Assembly: GCA_965228735.1 (NCBI GenBank)
Contig: OZ245838.1
Location: 4,160,001 to 4,224,000 of the forward strand
DNA: 64,000 nucleotides
Source: Planctomycetota bacterium
Lineage (GTDB): Bacteria > Planctomycetota > UBA1135 > UBA2386
Direction: 5' to 3'
The position numbers and the translations under genes were made by a program. Positions 30,411 to 39,606 of the stretch are shown piece after piece. Every line of letters starts with the position of its first letter. The first letter of the stretch is position 1. Below the pieces are notes generated by a model. The model ran no database searches. It saw only the letters and a program-made list of their open reading frames with translations, and had not been told where the DNA came from.

Positions 30411-31231
30411 CGCGTGTGCTCACGATCGCCGCTGCTGTCGGCGGCGCGCTGCTCTTCGCCGCGCCGGCAATCGCGCAGTCGCCCGGCACCGACTTCATCG
30501 GGCCGCCGACACCCGACTCCCTGACAACGAACGCCACGACCGGCGGCGGCGCGCAGGGCCCCGGGTTCAACCTGTCGTTCCAGACCGGCGAGGGCCGCGA
30601 GTCGCTCGGCAGCGCGATCGAGATCATGCTGCTGATGACGATGCTGGCGCTCGCGCCGGCGATCGTCATGACGATGACGTCGTTCACGCGCATCGTCGTC
30701 GTGCTGTCGTTCCTGAAGCGCGCGATGTCGATGCAGGATCTGCCACCTGCGCTGATCACGACCGGATTCGCCGTGTTCATGACCGTCTTCATCATGAAGC
30801 CGGTCGTCAGCGACATCTACGAGCAGTCCTACCAGCCCTACATCACGAGTCAGATCGAGTGGCAGGAAGCCGCCGATCGGGCCACGACGCGCATGAACGA
30901 GTTCATGCTGTCGCAGACCCGCGAGGCCGACGTGGCGCTCATCCTCGAGATGTCACGCACGCCGCGGCCCAAGACCGCGCTCGAAACACCGCTGCACGTG
31001 ACCGTGCCGGCGTTCGTGCTGTCGGAGATCAAGACGGCGTTCCAGATGGGCTTCGTCCTGTTCTTGCCGTTCGTAGTCATCGACCTGGTGATCAGCGCGA
31101 TCCTCGTCTCGATGGGCATGTTCACGCTGCCCCCGGTCGTGGTGTCGACGCCGCTCAAACTGCTGTTGTTCATTCTCGTCGGCGGCTGGGACCTCGTGGT
31201 CGTGTCGCTGGCCGAGAGCTTCGTCGCCTAG
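30407..31231 (+). CDS. fliP: Flagellar export pore protein FliP
   Basis: MTSFTRIVVVLSFLK, PAFVLSEIKTAFQMGF and LPFVVIDLVISAILVSMGM. Confidence 0.97.
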   Translation: MTRVLTIAAAVGGALLFAAPAIAQSPGTDFIGPPTPDSLTTNATTGGGAQGPGFNLSFQTGEGRESLGSAIEIMLLMTMLALAPAIVMTMTSFTRIVVVLSFLKRAMSMQDLPPALITTGFAVFMTVFIMKPVVSDIYEQSYQPYITSQIEWQEAADRATTRMNEFMLSQTREADVALILEMSRTPRPKTALETPLHVTVPAFVLSEIKTAFQMGFVLFLPFVVIDLVISAILVSMGMFTLPPVVVSTPLKLLLFILVGGWDLVVVSLAESFVA

Positions 31232-31246
31232 TCGGAGAGGAGAATC

Positions 31247-31522
31247 ATGGGATACGAAGGACTGCTCGATCTGGCCAAAACCACGCTCATCACGGCACTG
31301 ATCGTGGTCACGCCGGCGCTGCTCGTCGGCATGTGCACGGGCCTGCTCATCAGCTTCTTCCAGACGATCACGTCGCTGCAGGAACAGACGCTGACGATCG
31401 TGCCGAAGATGCTCGCCGTCGTGACGACGATCCTGCTGCTCCTGCCGTGGATCGTCGGCACGCTGCGAACGTTCACCGCGGCGCTGTTCAGCAACCTCTC
31501 GGAGTACGGCCACGCCGGCTGA
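31247..31522 (+). CDS. fliQ: Flagellar export protein FliQ
   Basis: 91 aa; GLLISFFQTITSLQEQTLTIVPK. Confidence 0.95.
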   Translation: MGYEGLLDLAKTTLITALIVVTPALLVGMCTGLLISFFQTITSLQEQTLTIVPKMLAVVTTILLLLPWIVGTLRTFTAALFSNLSEYGHAG

Positions 31523-31540
31523 CGGCGGCAACCAACCGCG

Positions 31541-32308
31541 ATGGACCTCTCGGCGCTGGCTCCGATGACCGTGGCGCTCCTCCTGCACATCACGCGGGTG
31601 GGAGCGTTCTTCGCCATGGTCCCGATCTTCGGTCGCAACAGCGACTCGCGGATCCTGCGCCTCGTGCTCGCGCTAGGCCTCGGCGCGATGACGTGGTGGA
31701 CCGGTCAGATGACGGTCGACCCGCCGGCCTCGATGCTCGCGATGGGCGTCGCGGTCGTGCGCGAGCTCGTGATCGGGCTGTCGCTGGGGTTCGCGTTCGC
31801 GGCGATCAACGCCATCCTGTCGATCGCGGGCGAGATCATCAGCATGGAGATGGGGTTCTCGATGGCGAGCACCATCAACCCGGAGACCGGCAAGGGCGGC
31901 GCCGTCATCGCCCAGCTGCTGCAGGTCGTCGGCGCGCTCATGGTCTTCCAGCTCGACCTGCACCACGAGGCGCTGCTCATTGCGCGGCACACGTTCGAAA
32001 CGATGCCCATCGGCAAGGAGTTCGACTACCTGCCGATCTGGGCCGGCCTCAACGAGATCGTGTCGAGCGCGATCGAACTCGCGATCCGGCTGTCCATGCC
32101 GATCACGGGCGTGATGCTGATCCTGTCGAGCGGCACGGTGCTGATCGGCCGGGCGGTGCCTTCGATCAACATGATGGAGTTCGCGTTCGGCCTCCGCATT
32201 CTCGTCTCGCTCGGGATGATCGGTTTCTTCCTCGTCGAGGCGATGCCGTTCGTCGCGCAGTCGTTCACCACGCTCTTCGACCGCGTCGCGGAGATCTACG
32301 GAGGCTGA
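31541..32308 (+). CDS. fliR: Flagellar export protein FliR
   Basis: Hydrophobic 255 aa; AGEIISMEMGFSMA, DLHH and GRAVPSIN. Confidence 0.93.
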   Translation: MDLSALAPMTVALLLHITRVGAFFAMVPIFGRNSDSRILRLVLALGLGAMTWWTGQMTVDPPASMLAMGVAVVRELVIGLSLGFAFAAINAILSIAGEIISMEMGFSMASTINPETGKGGAVIAQLLQVVGALMVFQLDLHHEALLIARHTFETMPIGKEFDYLPIWAGLNEIVSSAIELAIRLSMPITGVMLILSSGTVLIGRAVPSINMMEFAFGLRILVSLGMIGFFLVEAMPFVAQSFTTLFDRVAEIYGG

Positions 32309-32311
32309 CCG

Positions 32312-33385
32312 ATGCCGCTGTTCGGAGACGACGAAGGGAAAACCGAAAAACCGACGCCGCAACGGCTGTCGGAGACGCGGAACAAGGGCGACACCCCGCT
32401 CTCGCGCGAGCTCGTGCAAGGCGGCGTGATGCTGACGGCCGCGCTCATGATGTGGGCGACCGGCGGCTGGCTCGTCGACTCCTTCCTCTTCGTGCTCCGC
32501 ACGGGCTTCTCGCTCGGCGTCGGCCGCAAGCTCGACGACCTGCCGTATCTCTACACGGAGATCCTCAACGCAGCCGAGGCCGTGATCTGGCCGTTCGCGA
32601 CGCTGCTCCTGACCGTCGTCGCCGCGACGCTCGCGATCGGCTATGGCCAGATCGGCGTGAAGGTCTCGCGCAAGGTGATCGGCTTCAAGATCGAGAAGCT
32701 CAACCCGATCAACAACTGGAAGAAGATCTTCAACGCGCGCGCGGTCGTCCGGACGCTGTTCGCCGCGATCAAGCTCCTCGTGCTCGGCGGGATCATGTAC
32801 CTCGTCATGGGCGACCGTTGGTACACGCTGCTGCGCCTGCACGAGCAACCGATCCGCGCATCAGCCGACACGATCTTCGAGCTCGCGCTGCTCCTGCTGC
32901 TGCTCGTCAGCGGTTTCGCGATCGGCATCGCCGTGATCGACGTCATCTGGCAGCGCTACAACTTCGAGGAGCGCAACAAGATGACCAAGCAGGAGGTCGA
33001 GGACGAGCGCAAGAACGCCGAGGGTGACCCGCACATCAAGGCCCGGCAGAAGCGCGCGCGGATGGACATGCTGCGCCATCGCATGATGGAGGAGGTCCCG
33101 ACCGCGGACGTGATCATCGTCAACCCCACGCACTACTCGGTCGCGCTGCGCTACGACCGCGCGATCGACCAGGCGCCGACCGTGATCGCGAAGGGCGTCG
33201 ACGACATAGCCCTCAAGATTCGGGAGCTCGCACGCGAGAACGACGTGCCGCTCATGGAAGACCCGCCGCTGGCCCGCGCGCTGTTCCGCGCCGTGAAGGT
33301 CGGCCAGGCGATCCCGGAGAAATTCTACCAGGCCGTGGCCGTGATCTTGAGCCACGTCTACCGCCTCAAGCAACAGATCGCCTGA
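32312..33385 (+). CDS. flhB: Flagellar export switch protein FlhB
   Basis: KTEKPTPQRL, KMTKQEVEDERKNAEGDP and the autocleavage motif NPTH. Confidence 0.97.
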   Translation: MPLFGDDEGKTEKPTPQRLSETRNKGDTPLSRELVQGGVMLTAALMMWATGGWLVDSFLFVLRTGFSLGVGRKLDDLPYLYTEILNAAEAVIWPFATLLLTVVAATLAIGYGQIGVKVSRKVIGFKIEKLNPINNWKKIFNARAVVRTLFAAIKLLVLGGIMYLVMGDRWYTLLRLHEQPIRASADTIFELALLLLLLVSGFAIGIAVIDVIWQRYNFEERNKMTKQEVEDERKNAEGDPHIKARQKRARMDMLRHRMMEEVPTADVIIVNPTHYSVALRYDRAIDQAPTVIAKGVDDIALKIRELARENDVPLMEDPPLARALFRAVKVGQAIPEKFYQAVAVILSHVYRLKQQIA

Positions 33386-33420
33386 GCCGCCCGATTGCCT
33401 GACCGCAAGGAAGCCAACGC

Positions 33421-35478
33421 ATGACCACGGACGCAAGCAGCAACGGCCGCCAGAAGAACAGCCTCCTCGCGCTGTTCTTCCTCGGTGTGCTCGCGGTGAT
33501 GCTCATCCCGCTGCCGCCGATCCTGCTCGATGCGATGCTCTGCATGAACATCACGACGAGCCTGATGATCGTGATGGCGGTGCTCAATGCCAACCGGCCC
33601 GTCGAGTTCAGCACGTTCCCGAGCGTGCTGCTGTTCACCGCGCTGTTCCGCCTCGGGCTCAACGTCTCGTCGACGCGACTCATCCTGCTCGAGGGCGACG
33701 CGGGCGACGTCATCCGCACGTTCGGCAGTTTCGTGGTCGGCGGTCAGCCGGTCGTCGGCATCATCATCTTCCTCGTCCTCGTGATCATCCAGTTCATCGT
33801 GATCACCAAGGGCCAGAACCGCATCAGCGAGGTCACGGCGCGGTTCACGCTCGACGCGATGCCGGGCAAGCAGATGTCGATCGACGCCGACCTCAGCGCC
33901 GGTCTGCTAACGAACGAGGAGGCCAAGAAGCGCCGCAAGGAACTCGCCACCGAGATGGAGTTCTACGGCGCGATGGACGGTGCCGGCAAGTTCGTGCGCG
34001 GCGACGCCGTCGCGGGCCTGATCATCACGGCGATCAACATCGCTGGCGGCCTCATCATCGCGATGGTGTATCGCGGGCTGCCGTTCGAGACCGCGTTCGT
34101 CGACTACACGGTGCTGACGATCGGCGACGGCCTCGTTGCCCAGATTCCCGGCCTGCTCGTGTCGACCGCGGCCGGCATCCTCGTGACGAAGGGCGCATCC
34201 GAAGAAGGCCTCGGTCAGGAGATGGGCAACCAGCTGCTCGGCAAACCGAGGACGCTGCGCCTCGTCGCCGGCATCCTCGCGCTGATGTCGCTGCTGCCGG
34301 GCATGCCGATCCTGCTCTTCCTCGCGATCGCGGCGGCGATCTTCTTCTTCGCCGGCAGCGTCGAACGACGGCAGGGCGAAGAGGAGACGGAGAAGCAGAA
34401 GCAGGCCGAGGAGGAGGAGCAGGCCGAGAGCGAGGAAGAACAGCCGCTCGAGGACCTGCTCGCGGTCGATCGCCTCGGCATCGAGATCGGCTACCGCCTC
34501 ATCAGCCTCGTCGACGCGGGCAAGCACGGCGGCCTGCTCGATCACATCCGGTCGTTGCGCCGCCAGTTCGCGCAGGGTCTCGGCTTCCTGCTGCCGCCGA
34601 TCCGCGTGCGCGACAACGTGCAGCTCGATCCCAACGCCTACCGCGTGCTGCTCGGCGGCGAAGAAGTGGCGCGCGGCGAACTGCGCGCCGGCCAGTACCT
34701 CGCGATGGACCCGAGCGGTTCGGCCCAGCCGATCCAGGGCATCGAGACGACGGAGCCGGCGTTCGGCTTGCCCGCGCGCTGGATCGCCGAGGCCGACAAG
34801 GACCGCGCCGAGCTGCTCGGCTACACCGTGATCGACGCGGCGTCGGTGCTGGTCACGCACCTGACCGAGCTGCTGAAGAAGATCGCCAACGAACTGCTCA
34901 CGCGGGACGACGTGAAGTCGCTCGTCGACAACCTGCAGAAGGCCGCGCCGGCCGTCGTCGAGGAGCTCATCCCCAATCAGATGACGCTCGGCCAGGTGCA
35001 GCGCATCCTCTCGAGCCTGCTGAAGGAGGGCGTTCCGATCCGCAACCTGCAGACGATCCTCGAGGGCCTCGCCGATGCCAGCGTCGACACCAAGGATCCC
35101 AAGCTGCTGACGGAGCAGGTGCGCGTCCGGCTGGCCCGCACGATCGTCGAACCGCACCTCGATCCGACCGGGGTGCTGCATGCCGCGTTCCTCGACCCGG
35201 ATCTCGAGCGCAACCTCGCGGAGGCGCTCGCCGGCACCGACGGCGCGACCAATCTGCCGCCCGGGTTCCTCGGTCGGTTCGTCGACAGCACGGCCGAAGC
35301 CCTGACCGCGATGGCGCAGACGGGCAAGGACCCCGTTCTCGTCACGCGCGCGAGCCTGCGCCCGTTCCTCGCCGACGCCATCAACGGCGTCATCCCCGGC
35401 GCCGCCGTCCTGAGCTATCAGGAGACGACGCCCGCATCCAAGGTCGAGACGACCCAACGCATCGCCGTCGCCGGCTGA
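33421..35478 (+). CDS. flhA: Flagellar export gate protein FlhA
   Basis: RISEVTARFTLDAMPGKQMSIDADL, FYGAMDGAGKFVRGDA and EPAFGLPARWI. Confidence 0.97.
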   Translation: MTTDASSNGRQKNSLLALFFLGVLAVMLIPLPPILLDAMLCMNITTSLMIVMAVLNANRPVEFSTFPSVLLFTALFRLGLNVSSTRLILLEGDAGDVIRTFGSFVVGGQPVVGIIIFLVLVIIQFIVITKGQNRISEVTARFTLDAMPGKQMSIDADLSAGLLTNEEAKKRRKELATEMEFYGAMDGAGKFVRGDAVAGLIITAINIAGGLIIAMVYRGLPFETAFVDYTVLTIGDGLVAQIPGLLVSTAAGILVTKGASEEGLGQEMGNQLLGKPRTLRLVAGILALMSLLPGMPILLFLAIAAAIFFFAGSVERRQGEEETEKQKQAEEEEQAESEEEQPLEDLLAVDRLGIEIGYRLISLVDAGKHGGLLDHIRSLRRQFAQGLGFLLPPIRVRDNVQLDPNAYRVLLGGEEVARGELRAGQYLAMDPSGSAQPIQGIETTEPAFGLPARWIAEADKDRAELLGYTVIDAASVLVTHLTELLKKIANELLTRDDVKSLVDNLQKAAPAVVEELIPNQMTLGQVQRILSSLLKEGVPIRNLQTILEGLADASVDTKDPKLLTEQVRVRLARTIVEPHLDPTGVLHAAFLDPDLERNLAEALAGTDGATNLPPGFLGRFVDSTAEALTAMAQTGKDPVLVTRASLRPFLADAINGVIPGAAVLSYQETTPASKVETTQRIAVAG

Positions 35479-35493
35479 TCTGGAGATCCCCCG

Positions 35494-36552
35494 ATGTTGC
35501 TCAAACGAATCGAAGGCAAGTCCCTCCCCGAGGCCCTCGACCGGGTCAAGAAGGAGTGCGGCGACGACGCGCTCGTCGTCGAAACACGCGCGACGCGCGG
35601 CGGCTACCTCGTCGTCGCGGCCCGCCGCGAGTCCGCGCCCGCAGCCGCAGCCGGCGCGCACCCGACGGGCAGAACGGCGACCGCGATGCCGCGCGATCAG
35701 GCCGGCCGAACGCCGGCCGTCGCGCTCTCGAAGTGGACCCGCGGCTTCCGCGAGCTCGCGGAGAAGGCCACGGACTTCGGCATCTCGGCGCCGATCCTCA
35801 CGGCCGTCGAACGGGCGTTGCTCGGCACCAGGGTGGAGCTCGCGCGCGCCGGCGACCCCGCGCTCGGCGGCATCGCGCAGCGCATCCTCGCCGGCCTCAT
35901 CCGCACGACGGACATCGTCGAGCCCGAGCTGCCGCTGACGGACGAGGCCGCCGCCCCGCGCACGCTCGCGGTCGTCGGGCCGACCGGGGTCGGCAAGACG
36001 ACGACGCTCGCCAAGCTCGCGGCGCGCGCCCGCGCTCGCGGCGAACGCGTCGCGATCGTCACGCTCGATACCTATCGCGTCGCGGCAGTCGAACAGCTCC
36101 GGGCTTTCGCCGACCTGCTCGACGTGCCGTTCACCGTCGCGTTCACGGCGAGCGACCTGCGGCGCGCGGTCCATGAGCACAGCGGCTTCGATCGCATCTA
36201 CGTGGACACGACCGGCAAGAGCCCCCGGGACGAAAGCGCGGTCCCGCACCTGCGCGGTCACCTGCGCGCCGGCGAGTGTGCCACGCTGCTCTGCCTCGCC
36301 GCGGGAACGAACCGCCGCGATTGCGACCTCGTGCTCGACACGTTCGAGCCACTCGACGTCCGCGCCGTGACCCTGACCAAGTGGGACGAGACGCTCGTTC
36401 CCGGCGCCGCATTGTCCGCCGTCGTCGAGCGCGGCCTCCCGCTCAGCCACCTCTGCATCGGGCAGGAGGTGCCCGCGGACATCGTCGAAGCCGCGCCGGA
36501 CGCGCTCGCGGCCGCGGCGCTCGATATCGAACACGCGGAGGCGGGTCGATGA
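35494..36552 (+). CDS. flhF: SRP-family GTPase FlhF
   Basis: N-terminal EALDRVKKECGDDALV; GPTGVGKTTTLAKLAA, DTYRVAA, DTTG, TKWDE and GQEVPADI. Confidence 0.92.
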   Translation: MLLKRIEGKSLPEALDRVKKECGDDALVVETRATRGGYLVVAARRESAPAAAAGAHPTGRTATAMPRDQAGRTPAVALSKWTRGFRELAEKATDFGISAPILTAVERALLGTRVELARAGDPALGGIAQRILAGLIRTTDIVEPELPLTDEAAAPRTLAVVGPTGVGKTTTLAKLAARARARGERVAIVTLDTYRVAAVEQLRAFADLLDVPFTVAFTASDLRRAVHEHSGFDRIYVDTTGKSPRDESAVPHLRGHLRAGECATLLCLAAGTNRRDCDLVLDTFEPLDVRAVTLTKWDETLVPGAALSAVVERGLPLSHLCIGQEVPADIVEAAPDALAAAALDIEHAEAGR

Positions 36553-37415
36553 ACGGGCAGCTCAGCGCGCTCCGCGCCACGTCGACCGGCCCGCAAGTCG
36601 CGGCTGCGACCACGCCTTGGGTCTGCATCGCCGGCGCCAAGGGCGGCGTCGGCAAGACGACGATCGCCGTCAACCTGGCGCTGCTGCTGGCGCGCGCCGG
36701 CTATCGCACGCTGCTCGCGGACCTCGATCCGGGCTGCGGCGACGTCGGCGTGCATCTGCGCCTCGCGGGCGCCGACCCGACCGGGGACGGCGACGGAGGC
36801 ACGTTCGTTCCCGGGCCGAACGGCCTCACCGTCATGCTCGGCGCTTCGGGCTCGACCCGGCTCTTCGAACGCGACTCGATGCAACGGCAGCTGGACCGCC
36901 TCAGCGTCGCCGCGCGCGACTTCGACGTCGTCGTCACGGACACCGGCGCCGGGATCGGAGTGACGACGATGGCCGTCGCCGAGCGCGCCGACCTCGTTCT
37001 CGCGGTGACGACACCCGACGCGCCGGCGGTGACCGACACCTACGCGTTCATGAAGGTGCTCCACCAGCGCGGCGGGAATCCCGCACGCCTCGTCGTGAAC
37101 CGCGCCCGCAGCTACGACCAGGCAGTGCGCACGGCGCACAAGCTGTCCACCGTGACCGAGCGCTTTCTCGGCAACGCGACGACACTGGGCGCCACGGTCA
37201 CGCGGGCCGAAGAACTCGAGCTGAGCGTCGCCGAGCAGCGACCGCTGACGCTCGACCCTGACCGGGCATCCACGGGAAAAGCGATCGCCGACCTGCACTC
37301 GCTCTGCGCCGACGTCCTTGCCGAGATCCCCGACGTCCGAGCCCATCGACGCGCAGTGTCCGACAGCCATCGTCTGCGCCCCACAGCCACGGTGTCGCGT
37401 TCGTCGGCAGTCTAA
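36549..37415 (+). CDS. flhG: MinD-like ATPase FlhG/FleN
   Basis: KGGVGKTT, DTGAGIG, TTPDAPAVTDTYAFMK and VVNRA; ATG 36549 overlaps the flhF stop. Confidence 0.85.
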   Translation: MNGQLSALRATSTGPQVAAATTPWVCIAGAKGGVGKTTIAVNLALLLARAGYRTLLADLDPGCGDVGVHLRLAGADPTGDGDGGTFVPGPNGLTVMLGASGSTRLFERDSMQRQLDRLSVAARDFDVVVTDTGAGIGVTTMAVAERADLVLAVTTPDAPAVTDTYAFMKVLHQRGGNPARLVVNRARSYDQAVRTAHKLSTVTERFLGNATTLGATVTRAEELELSVAEQRPLTLDPDRASTGKAIADLHSLCADVLAEIPDVRAHRRAVSDSHRLRPTATVSRSSAV

Positions 37416-37534
37416 GGGGTGTCGCCCACCGAACGCTCGCGGCCGTGCTGCCGTGACGCCCACGGCAACGCGAAGAGCGCTGCTTGATCTCAACTTCGGA
37501 CAGCGTCCTTGCCGATCTACACAGGGCAAGGATC

Positions 37535-37813
37535 ATGACGGAGGAGAGCGGCAGTCAGGAGCTGGTGCGGATCGCAACCGCGTATCTTGCGAGCATCGCG
37601 TTCGGGGTCACGTTCCTCGTCGCCACGCTCACGGGTGCCGATGGCACGACCGCATTGCTGCGGGGGGTGGTCGCGACGATCGCCGCCTGCGTCGTCGGTC
37701 GCCTGCTGTTCGGGCCAGCAGTCGGTGTCGTGCTCGCCGCGATGGCGCGTGACGAGGCAGCCCGCAAGGCCGCGCTCGAAGCAGGCGACGATCCGGCGGA
37801 GGACAACGAATGA
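37535..37813 (+). CDS. Small two-TM membrane protein coupled to fliA
   Basis: Two hydrophobic helices and an acidic tail; its stop overlaps the fliA ATG. Confidence 0.7.
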   Translation: MTEESGSQELVRIATAYLASIAFGVTFLVATLTGADGTTALLRGVVATIAACVVGRLLFGPAVGVVLAAMARDEAARKAALEAGDDPAEDNE

Positions 37814-38541
37814 GGGGCCGATCCGCCACGATGCTGCGCTCGGCCGAGGAACGGGATCGGCTCGTGGAGCAGTACCTGCCGCTCGTTCGCTACGTGGTCG
37901 CGCGGCTGCCGGTCACGATGCCGGCCTCGCTCGACCGTGACGACTTCTTCTCCGTCGGCGTCGTGGGCCTGATGCACGCTGCGGCGACGTTCGACCCGAC
38001 GCGCGGCGCGTCGTTCAAGACGTTCGCCTACACGGCGATCCGCGGCGCGATCCTCGACGAGGTGCGGAAGCACGATCCCGTGCCGCGCAACCGCCGCGAT
38101 CGTCTCCGCAAGATGGAACGGGCGTCCGCCACGCTGCACGCCGAGCTCGATCGTGAACCGACCGTCGAAGAACTCGCCGAGCGCCTCGGCTGCACCGAGC
38201 GTGAGATCGACGACGACCTTCAGGCCCTGCACACGAGCCGGATGCTGTCGCTCGACACGCCCGTCGGTCGCGGAGAGGACTCGGGTTCGCTCGCGGGCGC
38301 GATCGCCGCGAACGACGACGATCCGACCGCCAACGTCGACGCCCACGAAGATCGCGAACGCCTGATGCGCGCGATCTCGGAACTGTCGGAGAACGACCGC
38401 AACGTCGTGATCCTCTACTACCACGAACAGCTCTATCTGAAGGAGATCGGCGAGATCCTCGGCGTGACCGAGTCACGCGTGAGTCAGATCCTGACTCGCG
38501 CGCTCGAGCGGCTGCGCCGGAAGCTCAAGACGGAGGACTGA
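37810..38541 (+). CDS. fliA: FliA/WhiG-family RNA polymerase sigma-28 factor
   Basis: YLPLVRYVV, FKTFAYTAIRGAILDEVRKHDPVPR and LKEIGEILGVTESRVSQI. Confidence 0.95.
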   Translation: MRGRSATMLRSAEERDRLVEQYLPLVRYVVARLPVTMPASLDRDDFFSVGVVGLMHAAATFDPTRGASFKTFAYTAIRGAILDEVRKHDPVPRNRRDRLRKMERASATLHAELDREPTVEELAERLGCTEREIDDDLQALHTSRMLSLDTPVGRGEDSGSLAGAIAANDDDPTANVDAHEDRERLMRAISELSENDRNVVILYYHEQLYLKEIGEILGVTESRVSQILTRALERLRRKLKTED

Positions 38542-38543
38542 CC

Positions 38544-38813
38544 ATGGACTCGATGGGTGCAATGCAGCCGATCGTGCGGCACATCCCGGTGCGCGATCAG
38601 CGGGGACGACGTCAGGGCAAGGGCGGCGAGGGCGGCCCGTTCGAACAAGCGCTCGCCGAACAGGCGCTCGCCGACCAGGAGCAGGGCCCGGAGAAGGGCC
38701 CGGAGCACCGGGCGGGCGAATCGGGCGAGCGGCCCGTGACACCGGACCTTCAGAACAACAGCCCCGATGGCCGAAAGGACCAACAGGTCCGGCACATCGA
38801 CGTGCTGGCCTGA
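38544..38813 (+). CDS. Small hydrophilic hypothetical protein ending in HIDVLA
   Basis: Starts 2 nt after the fliA stop on the same strand. Confidence 0.6.
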   Translation: MDSMGAMQPIVRHIPVRDQRGRRQGKGGEGGPFEQALAEQALADQEQGPEKGPEHRAGESGERPVTPDLQNNSPDGRKDQQVRHIDVLA

Positions 38814-38843
38814 TTTCGAACCAGGCGAATCGAGGCGAGAGCG

Positions 38844-39095
38844 ATGGCGGCAACCGAACCGCGAGAGGAACGGCGTGCAGATCAGCGCGCGGGCGTGCTG
38901 CGCAGCAGCGCGGTGCGCCTGCTCGATCATCCGGCGCTCGTGGAGTGCAGCACGACCGAGGCCGGCGAAGCGAGCGCCATGACGGTCGTGCCGCTGCTCG
39001 ACGGCAATCGGATCGCCGGGTTCGAGATTCGCTGCGGCTGCGGCAGCAGCGCGATCGTCGAGTGCATCTACGAGAACGAGGTTCAGAATGGCTGA
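38844..39095 (+). CDS. Small Cys-motif protein (FEIRCGCG...VECIY)
   Basis: Fills the gap in the operon and overlaps the next start; CxC plus two further Cys residues. Confidence 0.65.
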   Translation: MAATEPREERRADQRAGVLRSSAVRLLDHPALVECSTTEAGEASAMTVVPLLDGNRIAGFEIRCGCGSSAIVECIYENEVQNG

Positions 39096-39606
39096 CTCCC
39101 CCATCATTCGGATCGGCGCGCTGGCGGCGCTGCTGGCCCTGGGTTCCTGCACGACCATCCCCGAGATCTTCCAGCCCGCGCCGACCGATCCCAACGACGG
39201 CTACGAGGGCAGCCTCGCGGAGGCCGGGATCAACACCGAGATGGACTGGGGGCCGAAGCAGAACCTGCTTCTCAGCGAATACACCGCACTGCGGGAAGAG
39301 CACTCCCGGACGCTGCGCGACTTCGAGAAGCTCGAGGCCGAGAACCAGAACGTCAAGGCGATGCTCCGCTCCGAGAAGGAAGCGCTCGACACGGAACGCG
39401 TGGAACGCGTCCAGATCGAGGCCCAGCTCGAACTGCTGCGCCAACGACTGAGCGAGCAGGAGGCCACGATCCTCAGCCTCCGCATCGACAAGGCGAAAGC
39501 CGAACAGTCCGCGTTGCTCGCGAAGATCGACGCGCTCAAGGTCGCGATCGACCAGACCGCGCCGGCGAACGTGGAGGCCGCGGCGATGCCGCCGGCGGGC
39601 AGGTGA
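39088..39606 (+). CDS. Coiled-coil lipoprotein
   Basis: Lipobox LGSC followed by a long heptad-pattern helix. Confidence 0.8.
   Translation: MADSPIIRIGALAALLALGSCTTIPEIFQPAPTDPNDGYEGSLAEAGINTEMDWGPKQNLLLSEYTALREEHSRTLRDFEKLEAENQNVKAMLRSEKEALDTERVERVQIEAQLELLRQRLSEQEATILSLRIDKAKAEQSALLAKIDALKVAIDQTAPANVEAAAMPPAGR

Noticed and set aside
30407..35478. Non-flagellar (injectisome) type III secretion system
   Set aside because: The fliO, flhF, flhG and fliA neighbours and the gene order indicate the flagellar type.
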